The notes under the pieces are model-generated. The model was given only the letters and a program-made list of their open reading frames with translations, searched no databases and was not told the DNA's origin. From Tubiluchus corallicola (Eukaryota; Animalia; Priapulida), in the NCBI GenBank assembly GCA_030141605.1, contig JAQGDQ010000693.1, forward strand, positions 1 through 64,000: DNA of 64,000 nt. Direction: 5' to 3'. A program made the position numbers and the translations under genes. Positions 1 through 12,500 of the stretch are shown here, one piece after another (position 1 is the first letter of the stretch; the number at the start of each line of letters is the position of its first letter).

Positions 1-79
1 TGGTTCAGTTTCAATTTTTCTTCTTCTTTTAGCTGTAGATTATTTAGGTGTAGATGTTTAAGTGCACACTGTCAATTTG

Positions 80-121
80 TACTGGTCACTAAAAACTTGT
101 ACAAGTTTTTAGTGACCAGTA
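80..121. repeat. Perfect 42-bp palindrome with no loop
   Basis: tactggtcactaaaaacttgt|acaagtttttagtgaccagta is its own reverse complement. Confidence 0.95.
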
Positions 122-358
122 AACTTGAACTGCAGCAATCTGTGTGGCACTGGAAAACGGTATGAAAACCAGCTTCAGAAAGTTTTTGTTACTTGAGGTT
201 TAATACTGAAATGCTACCTACTAGATACTGCTTAATGATCGTAGGATCGGTGTCTTGTCTTGGGATTGTGATGTTGCATGTTGCAAGCACCATAATATGA
301 GTACTTGAAATCAAAGGTGCACTGTTCACCCATATGATATTCTATTTTTGTATTTTAG

Positions 359-511
359 AAAATTGGTGAGGATATTCAGTCACATGAACCATCAGTGACA
401 AAGTTACTAGAGAGAGCTGCCAACCTGCTTGAAGTGAAAACCGACGAGTCAATAAAGACAAGTGTACAACAAGTTAAAGAGCAGTACGAGAGTCTGAGCA
501 ACCAAAACCAG
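359..511 (+). CDS. SYNE1: nesprin exon (spectrin repeat), copy 1 of duplicated exon
   Basis: tattttAG|..|GTaatc, 153 nt, phase 0-0; KIGEDIQSHEPSVTKLLERAANLL..ESLSNQNQ. Confidence 0.85.
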
Positions 512-3500
512 GTAATCCAGTGTAATTATTACCTAGTCTTGCTAGTTGTCAGAAGCTTCTGGGTTCAATTCTTAAAGGAACCTCTATTTTTTTACCAGCG
601 TATCAATAATTATAATTGTTTGAAACAATTTTGGCTTTTTGATTTTGTTTATAAAACATTAAGTATAAAAAGATGATTGATTTCTGGCACTTCAGGGAGC
701 CTAAACTCATTTGAATTTGCTTATTTCACATTTCTAAAGACATTGTTCAATATACGAAATCTTACATCTAATGAAAGTCATCTTGGCACCTAAAAAAGGA
801 GTTCTTCACATGAGGACGGTTGATATGTGTAGAACTAATGTGTATTAAATTTTAAATCTTCAACAGACCATTATTTTAATTATCCAGTTTTGCAGAATAA
901 ACCAGCTTCAGAAAGTTTTTGTTACTTGAGGTTTAATACTGAAATGCTACCTACTAGATACTGCTTAATGATCGTAGGATCGGTGTCTTGTCTTGGGATT
1001 GTGATGTTGCATGTTGCAAGCACCATAATATGAGTACTTGAAATCAAAGGTGCACTGTTCACCCATATGATATTCTATTTTTGTATTTTAGAAAATTGGT
1101 GAGGATATTCAGTCACATGAACCATCAGTGACAAAGTTACTAGAGAGAGCTGCCAACCTGCTTGAAGTGAAAACCGACGAGTCAATAAAGACAAGTGTAC
1201 AACAAGTTAAAGAGCAGTACGAGAGTCTGAGCAACCAAAACCAGGTAATCCAGTGTAATTATTACCTAGTCTTGCTAGTTGTCAGAAGCTTCTGGGTTCA
1301 ATTCTTAAAGGAACCTCTATTTTTTTACCAGCGTATCAATAATTATAATTGTTTGAAACAATTTTGGCTTTTTGATTTTGTTTATAAAACATTAAGTATA
1401 AAAAGATGATTGATTTCTGGCACTTCAGGGAGCCTAAACTCATTTGAATTTGCTTATTTCACATTTCTAAAGACATTGTTCAATATACGAAATCTTACAT
1501 CTAATGAAAGTCATCTTGGCACCTAAAAAAGGAGTTCTTCACATGAGGACGGTTGATATGTGTAGAACTAATGTGTATTAAATTTTAAATCTTCAACAGA
1601 CCATTATTTTAATTATCCAGTTTTGCAGAATGTATTAAAGAAATTTAAAAATAGTTGTTGTGTTGTTGCAGTTAAATGGAGATGAAAATGTGTTTCTAAG
1701 ACGTTACAGTACTTTTGTCTTACTATATGTAGGCCTATGTATATTAACTGTGATTCTGGCACTTTTACTGGCACTTGTTCAAGACATGTCGTTGTTTCTT
1801 AGGTTCTGCAAGTGAAATGCACTCAGTACATCTCGGATCATGAAAAGTTCCGAGATGCATATAAAAATGTCAGTGAGTGGATAAACTCGGCCAAGGCTGA
1901 GCTTAAATTATGCGATAATGTAACAGGAAGCAAGTCTGATACTGTCAGCAATAAAGATTCACTGGAGGTAAAATTTAAAATAACGTTATAGGCTAATGTA
2001 ATTTAGCAACATTTACGGCTCATTTTTTGACGATGTACTATGGATTTGTAAATTTAAAAAAGTATGGTACTCTTTTTGTGAATGTGAAGTGAATTGGGCA
2101 AAAATAAAAATAATTTTTTTGGTGGTCAGGTCAATTTTCGAGTTACTGCATGAATCATTTATTTATTTGTGAATTTAACTGGTTCAACAAATATCGGAGA
2201 TGTATTTTGTGCTTTAGTTGCTGGCAACTAAATTACCAGAAGGTGAAAACAGACTCTCATCTGTGACAGAGCTAGGACATGTTGTTTTGGAGGAAACTTC
2301 ACCAAACGGTCACCCGGTGATTTGTCAAAATCAGGTGGAACTACAAAGTGCATGGGAGCAGTTGAATGCTGACATGGAGTCGACTAGAAGTCTGTTGACA
2401 GAATGTATTATTAACTGGCAAGACTATGAAGATATCAGGACTTCATTTTCTGATTGGCTGTTAGCAAAAGAAGAGGAGCTAAACACATACGAATCAAACC
2501 CGTTGCCAGTTGAAACTGCTGTTTCCATGATCAATGTAAGCTTTTAGGTTATTTTGAATCGTTCTAAAATGTTATCACCTGGTACTATTGAATGTTTGTG
2601 TCAATTTTGTCTGGACTACATTGATTCATTGTGTGGGCTTTTTTTAATTTAATCAATTCCTTAGCAATAGCACATTAATGAGATTTATTGAATCAGAACA
2701 CCAAAGTATAGGTACTTCACATTAAGTATGTAATGAATATTTTTGCTTATTTCAATTATTTAATTTATATGAAAATATTTATTGTCAACTTGATCACTAT
2801 TTTACATGAAATAAACTATTACCAGCGCCGTTTACAGCTCTTGTATGACATCTGCTAAAATTATTAATGATCTAACAATGTAGTGCATCCTCTATTTGTA
2901 CAAAAAATTACTTGCATCTGAGTCTGACAGCTTGAGTTTAAAGTATGTAACTCCTACTTCATATTGCTAGGCAGGGAACCGAGGCAAGACTAAGTTGTTT
3001 TTAAAAAATAAACAGAATCTTCATTCATATAATCTACTGCATTTCGTAAATTTTGTGTTTGCCATTGTAATTAAGAATTACGGTATAAATGTATTTATTT
3101 TAATTTGATTTATTTTATATTTCGTCTATGGGATAGGATTTGAAGACAGAATGGCAATCTAAGAAAGACGATGTCGAGAAATTGCGTGAAGTGAGTGAAC
3201 ATTTGCTAGATCGATACGGCTGTGATTCAACTCCTCGTGTGGAGGTGGCATTACTGTGTAATAGATACTCTTCTCTACAGGAAACAATACAGGTATTTTA
3301 CCTCTGGTTTTATGCAAAAGCTAAAATCCCTTTGTGGCATTATATTGTTGTTTTTGCTTTTACTGGCATGTATCGCACACTGTTATTTCTTAAGATCCTA
3401 TTATAAACCGCTGATTTAGTTAAAAATTAATATTACAGTGATTTAGAACTATCAGACAACTAAATTTATTACTACAGTAGGCACCGTTTAATAGACTCTG

Positions 3501-6500
3501 GGACCGACGTGTTCTGACTCAATTAACAGACTGAACCTTTTAACCGATGGGTGTAGCATTGCAGGTATTGGAAGTATGAGTCATCAGTTTACTATGCACT
3601 GCAAAGGTTTTAATGAATTTTAGAAATAAAGTAATGCCTAAATTCATTTGTGCAGCTAAAAAATAGAATTTTTTTTTTAAAATATTAACTTATGTATGTG
3701 AATTAGCAATAAATTAAAAAGTATACTTTTCTAAATCACAGACTATTCTAAGTTTGTTTATTTACAAAAATTCCTTCAAAGTCGGCTGCTTCATTTTCTC
3801 GCGAAGAATTTGGCCCACAAAGTTCTCGTAATTGTAAAAACGTTGAAAATCTGTTGTTGTGCGTGACTAAAACAGTTCTGGATCTTCTGCTCCCTTACAT
3901 TGCTCTTATTTACTATACGATGTTTACCGGCTGATTACTGTACCTGCATCTTTGACTGTTAACTCATTAAGCCTGAAAGCGTGATTGGCAACCAAAGGAA
4001 ACCACTAGGTAAGTGATTAAATGTTTAGCTTCCAGAAATTCTTTGGGTAACAGTGGGCGAGCGGGTAACAGATTCAAAGCAAAACCGCTACGCCAGCATA
4101 TTAGCACATGATAAACGTACCTGCTTACAAACAAAACGGTACGAAACATGATTGTTTCTGTATACGTAGTGCACAAAAGGAAAGTAAAGATGACATAAAA
4201 GTAGGAAAGGCTCTTTTGGCACATACAAAAGTCTTATTTTAAGTCGAGTCAATGTTGAGTCAATTACCGATAGTTTTGTGTATATTTGAATAGAAGCGGC
4301 CCGTTCCCGGCGTTTTTGAGTGAAGTAAGTGTTTGAGTCTACTAACCGTGAGTCTATTAAGCGGCGCCTACTGTAGATTTTTCTGTGTGGAGTTCTCGCA
4401 CTGCAAAACTGGTACACTGTAATTACGTAATGTTATCTGACTTACGTTTTTCTAAACTAATTTTACTTTTTGCTTTATTTTATCTGCTTGCGTACTTATA
4501 CAAAGCATTGTATTAGACAAATTCTATTTCTTTGCATTTCATTTTTTATAACAACAGTTTAAGAATATGGATTAGTTCACACTTTGTCATGATGTTGTTA
4601 TGTTTTTAGTTTAATACGACATCAAATCTCAATTATATTTTTATATTTCGTTATGTGTTCAGCTGACACATTGAACTTCATCCATTTGCAGAAACAGCTG
4701 ATTCAAGCAAAAGCAAAGTATGATGCAATGAACATGTTACTTCAACAGCATGAGACTTACTTGAATGAAGTTGAACCTGTTGATGTTGGACAGCCAGTTA
4801 AAGCAACTACAGCTGAAGACGTGCAAAAATTGCTTGTTCATAAACAGGTGAAAGATTTATATTTGGTACCAGTCTTTGCAATGAGAGCAGTTCTTTCTGT
4901 GTAGTTCGCAAAACTTTTTAGCAATCATTATAATTCAAATTTAGCAGCAAGAATGTGGTTATGATTGGTGTCACATGTACTCGCAGCATTTTACTCCTTT
5001 TTGTTTTTAATTATTAGCAGCTGCTTGATTTAAAACTTTTATGAGGCCACTTTAGGTGTTTGTGTTTCTGTGATGTCTTTTGTCATTATTGATTTTTTAT
5101 TTACTCTTGTTTAGGAACTCTTAGAGCAAGTCAACAATCGTAGACAAGATTTATTAGCAGCTTTGGAACAAGCAGGGCCCTTGGGTGATGGTAATTTGCA
5201 AGGCACGAGTAATAACGTTACTCAGAAATATGATGACCTGATTAAATCTGTAAGTTTTGCTTCATTTTTCTATAATATTATTTTGATTTGTGTATGTTAT
5301 TGATTTTGAATGGAATATAAGCATTCATGTACAGCTGCACACACTGTGCATAAGTTTTTTTCTTAAGGCAGACTGGGCGGCAGTCTGCTGGTCACAATAA
5401 GCACATAACCTTTGCATCACTATGAGCATGCTACAAATGTTCTTTAAAATTATTGTTAATGAAAGTTGAATTGTTTGCAAGTTATTGTATCAGCTCTGTT
5501 TTCTGTAGCTTGAGCAGAGAATGCATGAGATTAGAGAAGCATTCTTAAACTGGGCTGATTATCAGAAGTTGAAATCTGATGTGGAAACCGTGGTGCTTCC
5601 GCATATTCCGCAAGTGCAAGAACTGGAGACACATCCACTATATCTAAGTGCAGAAAAACTTAACTCTGAAATACAGCAAATACAGGTATGTACTTAACAG
5701 CGCAAATAAAATTTAGAAGTTAATAAAAGAAAAATTATTTTTCATGCCAGCAAGCTCTTCAGCAGAATAATTAATAGTAACCACTTTATGTGACATTTAA
5801 ATACCAACTATCAAAAGTGGAACGGCAAGAAAAAGAGCAGAAATTTTAACAGTTAATCAATTATTTTCTGAATACAGGATGTAGAAGAAGAGCTTTCTGA
5901 GACGGGAATGTTATTTGGTGAACTGGAGCGAATGTACTCAAACCTTTGTCCTGATCGTGACGTCTCTGAGGACCCTGATCAGTTGGAACTAAGGGCTACC
6001 TGGACCGACCTTAAAAACAGAGCTAATTCATTACAGCAGAAGTGCGAGAGGTATGAAACTATTCATTTAATTCATTCAACAAATATGACATTAAAAACTA
6101 ATATTCTAATATCTATGATATATCAGTGTAAGTTGTACATTAATTTTTATATAGTCATCTGTTACCAATGATGTCTTACTTTGTGTTTACTATTTCAAAG
6201 CTTGTACTGAGTTGTTCCGTATAATATAAGAGTGGAAGTGCAAACAATCACTAGCAGTGACTGTGCGTTTCTTGGCTTCAGTGTTTAACACTTACTCCAT
6301 ATTATGTTCATTGTCTTCATTGATGCTTTCACTATAAGGCCAAAAGACATGCAAAAGGGGCATTCTCCATCAATGCTAACTAGAATGCTTTTGTAAGTAA
6401 CGCAGATAAGCTATGCTCCATTACTTACAAGGGCATTCCAATATGCTTTGATAGAATATGCCCACCGCTGTTCATTTTGGACAATATAAAGGAAAAATAG

Positions 6501-9500
6501 CTAAATAAAATTTTGGCTGCTGGGCAGGAAGCAGGTTTTCCAGTTGAACCCATTAATGAAGCATGATAGCGTTTGATGACTGTTTGCTCTTCCATAGCTA
6601 CATCTTGTACTATTGAACTTTTTTATGAGGATTCAGTATCAATTTCACACCAAAACCTCTATGTTGTATATTGTTAACTATTTTGTCTAACAGGTGTCAG
6701 GAACTGACAATTGAATTTGAAAAGCTCGCTGATCACATCGAATCAAAATGGGTGGAACTGGAAAAGGAAGTTTTTGCCATAAAACATGATGAGAACATGC
6801 CTGATCAAGAGAAGATTAAAAATCTTGAGGTAAAATTGTTTTAATTTTTTTCTGGTTAAAATCAGAGTTGCCTAAGGTTTTTCAATACTTTAAAATTAAA
6901 GCTGCTTTCATAGCTGAGAACTAAGCTCTGCTAAATAATATTATCTTAGTGAGTGTCATTTTGCTTCATTTTTTTATGATTTTTTGTTATCCATTGTAGG
7001 TTATTTTGGATAAAATGCAGCCTATTCAGACTAGCTTAGATTCTCTTAAAATTACTGCTGCCGAATTGGTTCCTCTGCTGAATTCTACTGATGCACAGCA
7101 AGTTGAGAATATCATCAGGTTTGACTCCCAATATTATTTTTATGCAAGTGCAAGCAGGACAGAAGGATCTAGTGCAATTAGTTTCTATGTGTACTTTATT
7201 TTGGGACTATAACGTTCCTAATTTTCTGTAGTCTTACAAAACATAAATTAACATAGTTTAATAATTTTTCAACAGATGAGTTTGCTCAGCCCATTAATTG
7301 TATGTCGTTTGTATGTATCCCTTTATGCTATTTCACTTCAGAATGGACTATCCAGTGTTTACCTGGAAATTAGGCATTACCATACTGAGCATTTGATATC
7401 TTTAATGTATGACTATTTATTAAAAATTATTAGTGTTTTGATAAACGTGATTTTCTTGTCTCCAAATTTTTGTCTTTTTAAACAATTTTTAAACCCAGAA
7501 AACAACATAAACTTTAAAGAGATTTAGTGAGAAAAGCTAAAACAATATTGACAAATGCATTTTACTAGACATTTAGCTGTTAAAGGAAAAGCCAAGGCTC
7601 TCAGAAAATTGAACTTATTTTAATATTTGAGCAAAATATTTGAAAGTTCCAACAATGAAACTGTGATAAGCACCTTGTAGAATTAGTAAAATCAATTCAA
7701 AGTCACGATTGTTTTAAACTTGGGCATGCTCATTTTGAACGAAAAGTGGCTTGATCAACACCCATCCCACCAAGTGCTTGATATTTTGCAGGTGTATTTA
7801 CATTTGTCAACTATAATGGTTAATGTAACCAAAACAACCATAAACATCCAAAAAGTTATAGTAATTAATGTAGTGAAAAACAGTTACACTGCCGATAGTG
7901 TAATAATATGGAATTAAACCCAACAAAGTAATAGAATAATTATTTAGCAAGCTAAAACTTAACTCTATAAACTAAGTAAAATGCCTGGCACCTGCTGTAT
8001 GCCCACCGAAATGCATGCTTATCTGAAAGCCAACAGAAATTTGTAAATTGGTTATGTACACTCTATACAGTACTTACACATTTTAATCCTATAGATTAAA
8101 GCTAAGTGATCACTTTAAAGTTACTGTTAATTGAGCCAATGGCTAATTTTTACATAAACACAGTTAAACGCAATGCTAAAAAATAGTGGAATTTTCGAGT
8201 GAACTGCAGAAATTTTGTTACATGTATCTTCACAGCATTCACGCTCTCCACCAGCTTTGTCATCACTTTTTTTTAAATTGTCTAACAACGAGGCTTGTTT
8301 GGTGGGAGATAAGAATAATTTAGTTTTTTTTATATTTTATGCACTTATATTGTGCGGTAATTTCAATATTTTTAGTTGAGTATTAAAATACAATGACTGT
8401 TGTTCGAGAATTCGTTTTTCCTTTACTATTACACAATTTTTTAGTGAGAATGTGTTACGCTGATTGCATTTTCATAAGTTATTTACAGACACTTTTTAAC
8501 TGTTTTCATTTAGAGGTAAATTACAACATACTAAAAGTTTAAAATATTTCACATAACTTTTTTGCAGTGGTTTAGAAAGAAAATACTCTGACTTACATGA
8601 TGACACTCAGCAGTGTATAGCTCATCTCAAATCTCAAGCTTCACACAATGAACTAATAACTGCTCTGGTAACAAGAGAGTTGACTTGGATAGAAATGACA
8701 ACGAGCAAACTAAATGAACCTGTTAGATTTGGTATACAGCCAGAAGATGGAGATAAACCTATTTCAGATGTGAAGGTACATTGAAAGCAGACATTTACAC
8801 ACATGCATTTTCATTTTATACTTTTTCCCTATTAAAATTTTTACTTGCCATTATTGTTTTACTAAATACTCATATAAAACAGTTGTCATTGATAAGCAGT
8901 TACTGTGAATATGATTGTATAGGATTGTTTGAAATTTTATATCTATAAATTTATTCTACAGAATTTTTCGTCAAACACTTGTAAAAGACAGAAATTCAAT
9001 CAAAGAGTGCTAAATCACTTTTTCTGATCAAAATCTTTTTATGTATATTTTAGGCCAATAAAGATCTTGTTCAGCAGAAGTGTGACAAGTTTAAAGCTGA
9101 ACTGAGTAGTTTAATGTCCCAGATGTCTGCAGATGGTGCCACTGTTTCAACAGAACTGAAATCGTTGATTGATACTGCTGAACCTGCTTATCAACAATTG
9201 CAGGTGAGAATGCTTATTGTTCTCGGAGATGTTTTAATTTTTCTCAGAAAAGAAAGAAGATTTTGCAAAAGTATATAGAAGAATATAGAGGTGTATGTTA
9301 GTTTGTGCAAAAGAGCCAGATTTATTTTCAGCTTGATAATGGTCGTTAAACCAAAATGATCGCTGCGCTAAGTGTGTACGTAAACGTATATTAATTGCAC
9401 ATTACCAAGCTAATTTTTTTTATTTCGCGTAATATCTCGCACTGATTCATCACTCTTAATCGTTTTTTTGCTTTTCAGGATCTGACGGATTCTAGAGAAC

Positions 9501-12500
9501 AAGAACTTGCTACCGCTAAGGTCGACCGTCAAACCTATACAGTGTCATTCCAGACTATTACAGCTTGGTTGAGTAAAGCAGATGAGTTGATAATTATGCC
9601 CAGTGATGGCATAGATTACGAAAATTTACAGGAAGCTATGGAACAAATTGAGGTAGGACAACTTCCAAATCTTAGCTTCTCTATTAGCCGTAAAAATAAA
9701 TTATTTGCAAAGATTCTCGTTTGCCATTAACACGGTTTGTGGATAAAGTCTTGTCTGTTCTACATATAATTTTGGTTTTTGTTATAGGCACATTTCTCCA
9801 ATACAGACACTGTGAATTCAGAATTAGATCAGTTGCAGTCTCTGTTAAACAAAATGTCATCTGACTTAGACCCGGAGGATCAGGAGGAAGAAGCCGCAAA
9901 ACTTCTTGAACTTGCATGTCATAGAAATAAGGCAGTAGATGACAGTAATATAACATTAGATGCTCTTTCTAAACAATTGGGTATGTACTTAATTACTCTA
10001 CTTTTCTTCATTAAGCAATTCTAGTAACACAGAATGCTTTCATCAATAGCACATTACGTAAAAACTAGTATCCTTAGTAGCTAGATGCCCGGGACTGCTT
10101 GATTATTTAGCAATAAACTATCGATATATTGGTTCTCACCAAGTATTGTAAATCTTAGGAGAAGCTAAGTTTAATCATGTGTGGTACTTAAGTGATATGA
10201 GCGATGTTACAATTTTCTTGGTTTTCTTTTTTCATCTGTTTTTGACACCTAGTATGCAATTTTATTACAAGAAAGCATTTGGGAGTAGTATCATTCAAAG
10301 CAGACATTGATTTGAATTATTATTTTTATAATTTTGACTTATTTTAATATTTAAGAGACTAGCAAATGAACTGAAACAAACTGTGAACACTGTTAGATGT
10401 TATTCCCAATTTGCAAAATGTCTATAATTTCTGCTTTGTCTGAAACTATGTATTTTAATTAAATTAATATTTTTTTAATATTTTAACAGGCATCACTATT
10501 GTGCAAAATAACAAACAACAACTTGGTATATGTTATAATTGGTATATATGGTATATTAGATTATTGGAAAGAGTACCAAGCTAACACAGTACAAATGGGA
10601 CTGGCTCTAGATGAACTTGAGGAGGAACTGAAAACGTTACAAGAAGCTAAGCCTTATCAACTTCACAATGTTGAACAATGCTTGTCTGCAAATAAAGTAA
10701 GAATTTTTTCACCTTTATTTCATCTAGTATTGTTTAAATTACCTTGCTATGTTTAATCTTCCTTACTAAATTTAATCTTCTATGCAACTTCAAATTATTT
10801 GTGTAAGATTTACACAGTGTGATTAACTTTAAGTGATTACAACGATACCAGTGGTGACGAATTTTTAGTGATTTAGCAGTAGTTTAAGCTTTTGATTTGG
10901 TATTGTCTTGTGAAAGGTTTTGTGCTGAGATCAAATGTTATTTAGGAATTTACTGCAAAAGTTGACATGCAGAACAAACTATTAGACAATGTCAAATTAT
11001 CTGCACAAAGGATTGAGCAACATGGAAATTCGGAAATTCGAGCAGCTGTGGCTGGAATGGTGCCCACTCTAACTGAACGTTGGATGAATCTGAGGACTAT
11101 CACCAATGTGTTACTCCAGGACTGCACCAGGTAGGTACCTTTGTTGATAATCTTTTTTTATGATTTCGTCATCACAGTCATCGTCAATGTCATTGTAATC
11201 ATTGACATCAAGACCACCATCATCAAAAAGACTGCTTTTTGAGAGACTATATTTGTAGATAATATTATATTATTTGCACTAGATGTCAGAAGCTGAAAGT
11301 GGAGCTTGAAAAACTTGCTGATGCAGTTGAATCAAAATGGGTAGAACTGGAAAAGGAAGTTTTTGCCATAAAACATGATGAGAGCATGCCTGATCAAGAA
11401 AAGATAAAAAATCTTGAGGTAAATTAGCTAAATTTCTAGCTGGTGCAGCATTACAAAATATTTTAGACTAAACTTCTCGATGCTTTTGAAACTAAAACTG
11501 TCTTCATAAGTAACAATGCATTCAGGCTAGAGAGTTTTCTCCCGAGAGTTCTGTCTGAGAGTAAATTCGCAAGAGTGAGCAGCTTTGTGAGTTCTCTCGG
11601 CAAGTTATTGCAAACTCTCCAAGAGTTGCAGGAGGTCCCTCGCGGGTTTCTTGCAGACAAGCTCTATTCATTGCAACAACTCTCAGAGAGAACTCGAGAG
11701 AGAAAATTGTCTTGTTTGAGTGCTAAATGCACGTAAAGTTTGTTAAATAATTTTCTTTATTTTGATGTTTATTGTTGTGTTGTAGTGTTATACGTGATAC
11801 ATTGAGTATTGAGATGTTTTCTGGCTGTTTGATGTTTTTTTTAAACTTTGTAGACTGTTTTGGAAAAAATGCAGCAAATTCATGCTGACTTGGATTCATT
11901 TAAAACCACTGCTTCTGAATTGATGCCACTGTTAAATGCTGCAGATGCACAGCAAGTACAAGACACAGCAAGGTTTGTTAGTTACAATATAACCTGCCTT
12001 GGTATTGATAATTTGATGATGAACTACGTAGCTTTGCATAAAGATGCCTAATTATTATTTTTGTCATTACAAAAGAATTTAATTAATATTTTGAAAGAAA
12101 AATAGCTGAATTTCTGTATTATTTCTAGTAAACAGATGTAAGCCTTTAAAAAAGTAGTTCTTCCCTGTTAGTATGTTGTAGTTAACTTTGTTTTAAAACC
12201 TGTTGCTAATACGTTTTTTGTGTTAAATCAAAATTGATTGCTTGTTTGTTCTGTTACTTGTGATGATGGTTTTTGTTTAAAACCATACGAATTATTACAT
12301 TGAAGTTTTCTGAAATTTTTAGTGGTTTGGAAAGAAAATATGGGGACTTATGTGAGGACACTAAGCAATGCATAGCTCATCTCAAGTCTCAAGCTTCACA
12401 CAATGAAGTAATAACAGCTTTAGTGACTAGAGAGATGACTTGGATAGAAAATACTACAAGAGAATTTAGTGAACCTGTTAGATTTGGTATACAACCTGAA

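Larger units (their letters stand above)
166..1631 (+). repeat. Exact head-to-tail tandem duplication, 2 x 733 bp (166-898, 899-1631)
   Basis: No mismatch seen by eye; identical ORFs at 395 and 1128. Confidence 0.95.

Noticed and set aside
3967-4417. Minus-strand ORFs inside the TIR element as a transposase
   Set aside because: Short, no DDE/D or HTH signature; the 899-bp element is too small to be autonomous.
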